The notes beneath the pieces are model-generated. The model saw only the letters and a program-made list of their open reading frames with translations, was not told the origin of the DNA and did no database searches. A program made the position numbers and the translations under genes. This document shows positions 55,749-62,905 of a stretch of 63,626 bases of DNA, piece after piece; the first letter of the stretch is position 1, and each line of letters opens with the position of its first letter. This DNA is from a virus: positions 1-63,626 of the IMG/VR virus record IMGVR_UViG_3300045988_147865, one strand, 5' to 3'.

Positions 55749-57095
55749 TTAATGATTATACGCACGTCTAAAACCTTCTTGAATAGCCTCGGCAATTTCG
55801 AACTTATAGCCTTTTCCCTTGGCGTTAATCTTCACCAGGTCATAATGCCTATCAAATGGCAGATGGTAAATCTTATGACCTGTATTATGATTTATATTAC
55901 ATTTAATGGCCGGAAACCTATCCATAGGCAAACGTCTAACCTTAACACCTAGCAAATTGGCACATTTGATAGCTTCAGGAGACAAGTCACAAGTAATATA
56001 AAGCCAGGGTTCTACTTCCACACCTTTGATTTTATCTTCATTATCCAACTTCCATTGAACAAACGAGCCATATAATTGAAAAACAACATTTTCCCGAACA
56101 AGCGAACTCCAATTTTTACATTGAACAATCAGGATCTTTCCTGTCTTTTTATGCGTTGCAATAATATCACGTCCACCATCTTCCAGTTTCTTATTTAAGC
56201 CTTCCTGAATAATGTCGTAATCTTCATTAAAAAGCTTGTAGGCACAATATATCTCGTAGTTGCGCCCTTTCTCCCAGTCTGACCATTTAGAACTATCAGA
56301 AATGTAGCGATCCACAGCCAACTGCTCTCTGCCTTGTTCTGTCATCTGAAAATATTCATTATCAGACAACCAGTTTCTAATATTACACCTCTTCTCTTCT
56401 TCATGCATATAATTGATATAAGCATCATCATCCTTAAATTTTCCCAATTCAGGATATATAGAAAGAAGATATTCAAACTTATATTGATATTTAAACAAAG
56501 AAGCAAGCCCCTCTACATTAGAATCAATATACATGTTCTTGTGTTCCAAAGCATGAGCACGAAGATGGGCAACATAATCAAATGGATTCTTTGCATTAAT
56601 CATCTGATCAAAATCATCTACTTTCTGCTCCAGATTCTTAATGTCAGATTTGGCGCATTCATACTTATCATATAGTTCACGATAAATATATTCCGCCTCA
56701 TCAAGCTCTTTCTTTAGCTTGGCATTCAAATCCTGCAATTCATTTTTTTCGAAGTTCAATCCATGGACAACAGTTTTCTGATTAGATAACTCTACAGTCT
56801 GCTTGTTAATCATTTTAAGCTTTGATTCAACATCTGATTCCAGTTGCCTTATCAAATCCACCTGCCTGGCATTCAGATCTGCCAATATGGATTTCTCCTT
56901 CTTAATCTTTTGCAATTCTTCTCCTTGCCGGGTAAAATCAGCCTTCCATCTTTCTATTTGATTTCGAAGCATATTAATAGTACTATTGAAGTATGTCATA
57001 TCAGCAACAGGTTCATTCTTTTGGAATATCCCCAGTAACAACACAACAATAACAACAACACATAGAACTACTATGATCAGCAATACACCATCCAT
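55749..57095 (-). CDS. Membrane-anchored coiled-coil protein with an Mrr-type PD-(D/E)xK restriction-endonuclease domain.
   Basis: N-terminal TM (LLIIVVLCVVVIVVLLLGIF), about 200 aa of coiled coil, then YEIYCAYKL...EDGGRDIIATHKKTGKILIVQCKNW (Mrr_cat pattern), then a KIYHLPFDRHY...AEAIQEGFRRA tail. Confidence 0.65.
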   Translation of the reverse strand: MDGVLLIIVVLCVVVIVVLLLGIFQKNEPVADMTYFNSTINMLRNQIERWKADFTRQGEELQKIKKEKSILADLNARQVDLIRQLESDVESKLKMINKQTVELSNQKTVVHGLNFEKNELQDLNAKLKKELDEAEYIYRELYDKYECAKSDIKNLEQKVDDFDQMINAKNPFDYVAHLRAHALEHKNMYIDSNVEGLASLFKYQYKFEYLLSIYPELGKFKDDDAYINYMHEEEKRCNIRNWLSDNEYFQMTEQGREQLAVDRYISDSSKWSDWEKGRNYEIYCAYKLFNEDYDIIQEGLNKKLEDGGRDIIATHKKTGKILIVQCKNWSSLVRENVVFQLYGSFVQWKLDNEDKIKGVEVEPWLYITCDLSPEAIKCANLLGVKVRRLPMDRFPAIKCNINHNTGHKIYHLPFDRHYDLVKINAKGKGYKFEIAEAIQEGFRRAYNH

Positions 57096-57113
57096 TTCAC
57101 TAAAATAGCTTTA

Positions 57114-57446
57114 CTACCCTACATGAACCTGACTTCTAGCAGAAAGTCCCTGAATCTCCCTCAACACCTTATTTTCAGCCCTAAGAGCTATCACTTCTCT
57201 CTCCAGTTCATTCATATCAGCCACATTACTGCTGTTAGCTAAAGAAGGCGTTTTCTTATCTGAACTAAAAAACTCAGCAACATCTACACCAAGGACTTCT
57301 GCAAGGTTTTCAACTGTACTAACCTTCACATCAGCACCGTTCAGAAGGTTATCCAACGTAGTTCGACTAACCTTCATCCTAGAAGCAATATCAATTTTGC
57401 TAAGTTTGTTGGACGTTATAATGTCCACTATTCTTTGCACATTCAT
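57114..57446 (-). CDS. CI-like XRE-family repressor.
   Basis: LSKIDIASRMKVSRTTLDNLLNGADVKVSTVENLAEVLGV is an XRE HTH. Divergent from the early operon and heads the lysogeny operon. Confidence 0.65.
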   Translation of the reverse strand: MNVQRIVDIITSNKLSKIDIASRMKVSRTTLDNLLNGADVKVSTVENLAEVLGVDVAEFFSSDKKTPSLANSSNVADMNELEREVIALRAENKVLREIQGLSARSQVHVG

Positions 57447-57551
57447 ATTAAAATCCTTTAAATGTTCAACAAAGTGGGTTAATATATACTAATAATGCCC
57501 ACCAAACCATACACTTTCAAAAAGTTTATTGTACTTTTGCACCGTAAAGTT

Positions 57552-57600
57552 AGTAAATAAATAAATAAGTACCAAATAAATTTGAAGAAAAATGAAGAAA
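57552..57600 (+). repeat. Upstream copy of the duplicated early-operon leader (pairs with 57827..57875).
   Basis: ACCAAATAAATTTGAAGAAAAATGAAGAAA versus ACCAAATTAATTTGAAGAAAAATGAAAAAA (28/30). Flanking sequence is also similar. Confidence 0.7.
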
Positions 57601-57696
57601 TTAGATAAAATATTTCCGGAATCGGCAAAAGCAGAGGATGGATAGAAAAGAAAAGATGTTTGTCTTTCTGTGATTTGGCAACACCTCCCTTCCGCT

Positions 57697-57720
57697 GTTT
57701 GCTAACGGTCATTAGCAAAC
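57697..57720. promoter_or_regulatory. Palindromic operator candidate (GTTTGCTAA-N6-TTAGCAAAC).
   Basis: 9-bp perfect inverted arms. A further half-site, TTAGCAAA, lies at about 57826-57833. Confidence 0.45.
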
Positions 57721-57726
57721 AAAAAA

Positions 57727-57751
57727 GCCCCCTCCGTTGCAGTGAGGGGGC
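57727..57751 (-). terminator. GC-rich hairpin with a T-run on the - strand.
   Basis: gccccctc pairs with gagggggc. The - strand continues TTTTTTG. Confidence 0.5.
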
Positions 57752-57826
57752 TAACATAGTCCGTTGTTATGGACAAAGGTTTCCAAAGCATGGATGACTC
57801 CATGAATAATTTGCTGGTGCAAAATT

Positions 57827-57875
57827 AGCAAATAAACAGATAAGAACCAAATTAATTTGAAGAAAAATGAAAAAA
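57827..57875 (+). repeat. Downstream copy of the duplicated leader (contains ATG 57867).
   Basis: See 57552..57600. Confidence 0.7.
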
Positions 57876-58157
57876 TATAATGAAGCTTTCGATTTTTTTG
57901 TACTTGAAATACTTCTTAACTACAAGGGTATTGACGAGGAAAAGGCAAAGCAGGTAAAGCGTTTCTGGCTAAGAGAAGAACTCTACAACTACTACGGAGC
58001 ATCACATACTAAGGAAATGGAAGAAGCCTTCGAGTGGATATACAATGCGTCACTGATAGATTGGGAAGGTATGCTGCTATGTATAAAATATCCAGACAAC
58101 AAGACCTTCCCAAAGCCATTAGAAGATGCTAAGAAGTTATTCGCTTTTCTCAGCTAG
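57867..58157 (+). CDS. Hypothetical early protein.
   Basis: 96-aa ORF, first gene of the rightward early operon. Confidence 0.55.
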   Translation: MKKYNEAFDFFVLEILLNYKGIDEEKAKQVKRFWLREELYNYYGASHTKEMEEAFEWIYNASLIDWEGMLLCIKYPDNKTFPKPLEDAKKLFAFLS

Positions 58158-58328
58158 AAAAGTCACGGAGATATAAGAGTAACCATTCAATGTAAGGGCG
58201 TTTTGAAATACTTGCTTAATAACCCAACCTTGGTTAGTGATGTTGGAAACTTCTTCACTAAAGTCAAAGGTCATTGATGAGCCAACTGTAGCTACTTTCT
58301 TGCAAATTGTAAAAATGTTTTGTACCAT
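58137..58328 (-). CDS. Small hypothetical protein (uncertain).
   Basis: 63-aa ORF on the opposite strand, overlapping the end of 57867..58157. Confidence 0.25.
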   Translation of the reverse strand: MVQNIFTICKKVATVGSSMTFDFSEEVSNITNQGWVIKQVFQNALTLNGYSYISVTFLAEKSE

Positions 58329-58469
58329 AATCTATAAAATTTAAAATTAGTCGGTGCAAAGATAAACAAAAATATTCAATCGGGCAACGATGGGTAAGGA
58401 AAATTTAAAATTAGTCGCTTTCCATTGTGTACCATAACCCATCGCCCCGATTGTTTTAAAGCAAAGCGT

Positions 58470-58640
58470 ATGAAAAAGAATAAAGCTCTATTCCTCGATA
58501 TTATGCTCAATAACAGATTTGTATGCACACTGAAATACATGTATTGTCCATTGTTCGCGATAAGATACGAGGAGTTATTAAAGTTTGTTCTCGATAAGAG
58601 ACCGTCTTTGAAAGGCAAACCATTCAGAATAATGTTTTGA
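58470..58640 (+). CDS. Small hypothetical protein.
   Basis: Internal ATG of ORF 58425..58640 (MKKNKALFLDIM...). An antisense ORF of similar size also exists. Confidence 0.35.
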   Translation: MKKNKALFLDIMLNNRFVCTLKYMYCPLFAIRYEELLKFVLDKRPSLKGKPFRIMF

Positions 58641-58662
58641 ATCAACAAACGAAATAAAGCGT

Positions 58663-59247
58663 ATGAAAAAGATAATGTTCAATGACCAGTACGGTCTCAC
58701 CGAAGCTGTTCTAGATGGTCGCAAGACTCAGACAAGAAGAATCGCTTATAAAGAGCCTTTCAAGTATTACTGCAATTGCGGTTTCTATACGGAAGGAAAA
58801 GACAAAGGCAAACTCGCCATCAATGATGGAAATGAGATTGTGGCAAAGTCCACTTATAAAATAGGTGAAATCGTAGCAGTCGCACAAAGATACAGCGATA
58901 TTCCGTATATCAAAGAACTACACCCAAGGATAAATACTTCCGAAGGATGGGGAAACAAGATGTTTGTGAAGTCTGATTTGATGCCTCATCAAATCAAAAT
59001 TACCAAAATTTGGTGTGAAAGACTACAGGACATCAGCACCGATGACTGCATGAAGGAAGGAATCATCTGTAGTCACGTGCCCTGGTTTCATGATTCCTAT
59101 TCATCCGATGCCACTAACGATAGAAAACGTAAGAAATGGTGGTACAGAACTCCTATCGAAGCATACAAGATGCTTAGCTGTAAGCTACACCTCCACTGGG
59201 ACAGCAATCCTCTCGTTTTCGTTTACGATTTCGAACTAGTTAAATAA
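58663..59247 (+). CDS. ASCH-domain (PUA-like) protein.
   Basis: N-terminal MFNDQYGLTEAVLDGRKTQTRRI matches the ASCH G.KT.E.R-type start. 194 aa. Confidence 0.55.
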   Translation: MKKIMFNDQYGLTEAVLDGRKTQTRRIAYKEPFKYYCNCGFYTEGKDKGKLAINDGNEIVAKSTYKIGEIVAVAQRYSDIPYIKELHPRINTSEGWGNKMFVKSDLMPHQIKITKIWCERLQDISTDDCMKEGIICSHVPWFHDSYSSDATNDRKRKKWWYRTPIEAYKMLSCKLHLHWDSNPLVFVYDFELVK

Positions 59248-59265
59248 TAATTAAATTCAAGCAAT

Positions 59266-59457
59266 ATGTCAGAAGAAAAAGTACCACTCAGACCTCAGAT
59301 CAGAGAGCTGGAGTTGGGTAAATCAATCAGTTTTCCCATTCAGAGAATGAGGACGATCAAGACAACCTGCTCGGAATTAGGTGTAATTTACTGTCGTAAG
59401 TTCAGAACCAAAATCAACCGGGAGAAAGAGATCATCACAGTTACAAGAACAAAATAA
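59266..59457 (+). CDS. Small hypothetical protein.
   Basis: 63-aa ORF. Confidence 0.4.
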   Translation: MSEEKVPLRPQIRELELGKSISFPIQRMRTIKTTCSELGVIYCRKFRTKINREKEIITVTRTK

Positions 59458-59468
59458 AAACAATAGTC

Positions 59469-59768
59469 ATGAACGAAGTAGTACAAATCCAGTTTGCAGA
59501 TAAGATGCTATCCTTTGATACATTCCTGTCAGCCATACGTAACGTTGTGAAAGAAGAAGTCTGCAAGGCTGTGGGTAAACGTCCGTTCCTCACACAAGCC
59601 AAGGCATACGACATCTACGGAAGAAAAAACGTAGAGCGATGGAAACGTGAAGGAAAGGTGAAGGATTTCGCAAGAGGCAGTAATGGCAAGATTACTCGCC
59701 ACGAATACAAAGTATCAGAGCTGGAAGCCTGTGCCTGCCAAGTTCAAGACTATCTGTGTCCCAAATAA
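59469..59768 (+). CDS. Excisionase-like HTH protein.
   Basis: FLTQAKAYDIYGRKNVERWKREGKV resembles an HTH_17/excisionase motif. Confidence 0.45.
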   Translation: MNEVVQIQFADKMLSFDTFLSAIRNVVKEEVCKAVGKRPFLTQAKAYDIYGRKNVERWKREGKVKDFARGSNGKITRHEYKVSELEACACQVQDYLCPK

Positions 59769-59829
59769 GATTTTACTTTTAGGATAGATATAAGGCTGAT
59801 ATTGATTAGTACAAATTATGCGAAACTAT

Positions 59830-59970
59830 GGTAGGTAACAGTTGCTTTGCCCATTGGGGGCGATGTTCAAGTTATAACGTTTAAATTACTTAGTTCTGGG
59901 TGTTAATCAAAAAAGACTGCGAAGAAGGACTAAGCAGCCGGGCACGGGGTTCGAATCCCTTTACCTACCG
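59830..59970 (+). ncRNA. tRNA-like structured element (not a canonical tRNA). It could instead be a tRNA-3'-end mimic or attP core.
   Basis: GGGGTTCGAATCCC T-arm (59946-59959). ggtaggtaa (59830-59838) is perfectly complementary to ttacctacc (59961-59969). Lies in a 230-nt ORF-free gap. Confidence 0.3.
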
Positions 59971-60000
59971 CAAATATAAACAATATAAAAAGATAAAGTT

Positions 60001-60219
60001 ATGAAAACAATTAAGATCTTCTTCTGCATTGCCATCTGGCTAGTCCTTGGATGGCTCTGCCTCAGTAAACTCTCACAGGGCATTCATGATGAGAACCTCA
60101 TTTCACAGATGCCTCAGAGCACCTATGATGAGATAGTAGATACGCTTACTACTAGAAATGGCTTCCAGCCTACTGAACATCAGATAGTAACCTACTATTA
60201 TGAGCGATTCCAGAAGTAA
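60001..60219 (+). CDS. Small membrane protein.
   Basis: 72 aa with N-terminal TM IFFCIAIWLVLGWLCL. Confidence 0.45.
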   Translation: MKTIKIFFCIAIWLVLGWLCLSKLSQGIHDENLISQMPQSTYDEIVDTLTTRNGFQPTEHQIVTYYYERFQK

Positions 60220-60340
60220 GAGCACCTATGCTGCTCGTAAGTGCCTCCTGTGTCAAGATGGACGTAACTGCATCAATGGCATGTATTGTCTTAAATACAA
60301 GATGTACGTGCAGCATCAGGAGAAACTGCCGTGTGAATGA
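60200..60340 (+). CDS. Small Cys-rich protein (46 aa, below the ORF-track cutoff).
   Basis: ATG 60200 to TGA 60338-60340, ATGA-coupled to the next gene. Contains CLLCQDGRNCINGMYC. Confidence 0.35.
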   Translation: MSDSRSKSTYAARKCLLCQDGRNCINGMYCLKYKMYVQHQEKLPCE

Positions 60341-60555
60341 AAAGTAGATTAACTAACCATCTTATAAAAGAAGATAATATGGCAAAAATGAATGTAACAG
60401 AAAAGGACTTTGAAGCTTTCTTCCAAGCAACAGAATCCATTATGGCTATGTCTGGTACTTTAGAGGAAGGCTTCAATGAAGAGGCTTATGCTATAAACAG
60501 ACAGTTCAAAAGTTTCAAGCGAAGATACTTAAAGGCAAAGGAGAATAAGCAATGA
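60337..60555 (+). CDS. Small hypothetical protein.
   Basis: 72-aa ORF, ATGA-coupled on both sides. Confidence 0.45.
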   Translation: MKSRLTNHLIKEDNMAKMNVTEKDFEAFFQATESIMAMSGTLEEGFNEEAYAINRQFKSFKRRYLKAKENKQ

Positions 60556-61181
60556 GCAAAGAAAAAGCTATTGAGTATATTAAACGTGCTATGGATAGCA
60601 TAGACAAGTTACCATTTTCCGATAATGGAATGTTGGCTTTCTATGATTTAGAAAGAGCACAAAAAGAGTGGGTGGACAATATGGAACAGAACAACATACA
60701 GACGATGCCATGTTTCGAACTTGGCAACCTTTACGTCTTCTGCGAAGAAGACGAGGATGGCGTGTTGACCATTATAGGCGAACTCATCGCCAAGAACGAG
60801 AGCCAAGACACATTGACATTCGGCAATCAGTATGAGATTGAGACCGAGAACTTCGTTACCGATCAGGCTTTTGACCTTCGCATAAGTACAAACAAGGAAC
60901 TTCGAGAAGCAAAAGAGGATGAAGCCAGTTTGTTCCAAGAGGCTTACACTCTCTGGAAAAAGAGCAAGGAGCAGACATCATTCAAGACCTTCGATAAGGT
61001 TCTTGTGCGTAACCAAGATGAACATAAATGGAGACCAGCAATCTTTGTTCAAACACGTATAGGTGATTCCCCATACAGGTACAACGCTTTGCTATTGTCT
61101 ACCGGGCAGGTAGGTGACTTTGTCCAATGCATTAAATACGAAGGTAATGAGAAAATGGCATTCACCACTGACCCATTTTAA
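60552..61181 (+). CDS. Hypothetical protein.
   Basis: 209-aa ORF. Confidence 0.55.
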   Translation: MSKEKAIEYIKRAMDSIDKLPFSDNGMLAFYDLERAQKEWVDNMEQNNIQTMPCFELGNLYVFCEEDEDGVLTIIGELIAKNESQDTLTFGNQYEIETENFVTDQAFDLRISTNKELREAKEDEASLFQEAYTLWKKSKEQTSFKTFDKVLVRNQDEHKWRPAIFVQTRIGDSPYRYNALLLSTGQVGDFVQCIKYEGNEKMAFTTDPF

Positions 61182-61219
61182 GTAAACAGAAATGTGGTTT
61201 TTATATAATTTCAATCATT

Positions 61220-61654
61220 ATGGAATCAGAAAAAGCAAAGTCAGACCGCATAGCCAGGCAGCGAGAATACTATCTTAAGCATCGTGATAAAATGCTCGCC
61301 TATTCTCGCAAATACATCAAGGATCATCCCGAAAAGAAAAAGCTATATCGGGAAAATGCAGCCAAGAAACGAGCCAACGGCACTGGATATTATCAGAGAT
61401 ACTATCAGCGCAACAAAGAAAAATTGCTGGAAAAATCTAAGAGCTGGAGACTGAATCACCCCGAAAAGGTGAAGGAGTACCAGCGCAGATACTATCAGAA
61501 GAAAAGAGCTGCAGCAAAGAAAGAAAAGAAGATAATGCTGAATCCAGATATAGATAAGGCAAAATCCCTCTTCCGTGATCCTTCTAAGACTGTTCACCTA
61601 CAGTGGCTCCTGGAGCACAACAGAAACAAAAGTAAGCAATATGAATCACGCTAG
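61220..61654 (+). CDS. Basic repeat protein (about 30-aa YYxxxxEK...HPEKxK repeats).
   Basis: QREYYLKHRDKMLAYSRKYIKDHPEKKKLY / YQRYYQRNKEKLLEKSKSWRLNHPEKVKEY / QRRYYQKK. Confidence 0.55.
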   Translation: MESEKAKSDRIARQREYYLKHRDKMLAYSRKYIKDHPEKKKLYRENAAKKRANGTGYYQRYYQRNKEKLLEKSKSWRLNHPEKVKEYQRRYYQKKRAAAKKEKKIMLNPDIDKAKSLFRDPSKTVHLQWLLEHNRNKSKQYESR

Positions 61655-62861
61655 TTTATTCAGCGGAATCGGTGGTGCTGAGGTCGCGGCATCCATGATG
61701 GGATGGCAGAACCTCTTCCATTGCGAGATACAAGAGTTCCCTCGCAAGGTGCTCCAATACTGGTTCCCAAATTCAGAAAGTTATGAAGACATTACCAAAA
61801 CAGACTTCACAAAGTGGCACGGCAAAGTCGATGTTCTCACAGGAGGATTCCCCTGCCAACCTTTCTCCCTCGCTGGCAGAAGAAAGGGAGCGGACGATAA
61901 CCGCTACCTCTGGCCACAGATGCTTCGAGCGATACGGCAGATACACCCCACTTGGGTCGTTGGTGAAAACGTTGCTGGCATCAAGACGATGGTGGAGTCC
62001 TGCCAAGTCACTCAGATGGGACGCACAGACTATCTTTTCGAAGAGAATCACCTATACCGAGAGGAAAGCCGATTCACCCTCGACAAAATCTGTGCAGACC
62101 TCGAAGCCGAAGGATATTCCGTCCAACCGATTGCTATTCCAGCTTGTGCCATCGGAGCACCTCACAGAAGAGACCGAGTTTGGATTGTTGCCCACACCCA
62201 ATGCGATGGACCTTCCTCACAAGGACATGGAAATCAACGAGCGAGGGCGAAGAAATCCAAAGAAGGGCAAGACAGACCACAGCCTAGGTCTAGAAGACAT
62301 GGCAGTGGCACAACTCCTTCCTACGCCCACGGCACTCGACAAAGGAGGAGGAAGAATAAACAAGAGCCTTTCACCGAATGCAGCAGAACGCCCAACCTTG
62401 GCACTCGCCGCTCGAAAAGGCTTGCTTCCCACTCCTTGCAGCATAGAAGCCACGAAGTTCACCAAGACCATCAATCCCAATTCCCAGATGGGGCAAGGTC
62501 TAACAGCCTTGGCGGTCAATGGTCTTCTTCCCACTCCTACGGCAATGGAAGTAAAACACTCCAACCGGGTGAAGGGTCTGAAAGAACAGGGTGTAAAAGG
62601 GATGTACAGCCGAAAGAACGGAGCACTTCGCCCGAATGGACTGACCGACTTTCTCGACTTCAACAATCAGGTAGGTGGCGGAACTTCCCAACTCAATCCC
62701 CTGTTTGTAGAGGAAATGATGGGATTCCCTTTGATGTGGACAGCCTTACCATTTCTTTCCCCAAGTGGCGACAAGAATCCATAAAGGCTTACGGCAATGC
62801 CTGGGTGCCACAAGTGGCTTACGAGATATTCCGTGCCATCGAGGCAGAAGAAAACAAATAA
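61641..62861 (+). CDS. C5-cytosine DNA methyltransferase, frame A (motifs I, IV, VI, VIII and X present; central about 180 codons are low-complexity R/S/Q/G-rich).
   Basis: MNHASLFSGIGG, GGFPCQPFS, VVGENVAG, APHRRDRVWIV, then NFPTQSPVCRGNDGIPFDVD...KAYGNAWVPQV. ATG 61641 lies within ORF 61575..62861. Confidence 0.7.
   Translation: MNHASLFSGIGGAEVAASMMGWQNLFHCEIQEFPRKVLQYWFPNSESYEDITKTDFTKWHGKVDVLTGGFPCQPFSLAGRRKGADDNRYLWPQMLRAIRQIHPTWVVGENVAGIKTMVESCQVTQMGRTDYLFEENHLYREESRFTLDKICADLEAEGYSVQPIAIPACAIGAPHRRDRVWIVAHTQCDGPSSQGHGNQRARAKKSKEGQDRPQPRSRRHGSGTTPSYAHGTRQRRRKNKQEPFTECSRTPNLGTRRSKRLASHSLQHRSHEVHQDHQSQFPDGARSNSLGGQWSSSHSYGNGSKTLQPGEGSERTGCKRDVQPKERSTSPEWTDRLSRLQQSGRWRNFPTQSPVCRGNDGIPFDVDSLTISFPKWRQESIKAYGNAWVPQVAYEIFRAIEAEENK
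61783..62784 (+). CDS. Overlapping +1-frame ORF (frame B) encoding four LLPTP repeats and an NPLFVEEMMGFPLMWT tail. It may be an alternative frame of the methyltransferase or an overprinted gene.
   Basis: 333 codons open, entirely inside frame A. LLPTP at 62185, 62314, 62422 and 62524. Composition is protein-like, unlike the frame A middle. Confidence 0.4.
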   Translation: MKTLPKQTSQSGTAKSMFSQEDSPANLSPSLAEERERTITATSGHRCFERYGRYTPLGSLVKTLLASRRWWSPAKSLRWDAQTIFSKRITYTERKADSPSTKSVQTSKPKDIPSNRLLFQLVPSEHLTEETEFGLLPTPNAMDLPHKDMEINERGRRNPKKGKTDHSLGLEDMAVAQLLPTPTALDKGGGRINKSLSPNAAERPTLALAARKGLLPTPCSIEATKFTKTINPNSQMGQGLTALAVNGLLPTPTAMEVKHSNRVKGLKEQGVKGMYSRKNGALRPNGLTDFLDFNNQVGGGTSQLNPLFVEEMMGFPLMWTALPFLSPSGDKNP

Positions 62862-62905
62862 ATGATAGATTCGTAAATTCTACATTCCAAATAAAAGAAG
62901 AATAA

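Noticed and set aside
59830-59970. A canonical tRNA, or specifically an amber-suppressor tRNA.
   Set aside because: The acceptor-like helix and T-arm are 139 nt apart. No D-arm or anticodon stem-loop could be folded and no CUA loop was found. I kept it only as a tRNA-like element or attP candidate.
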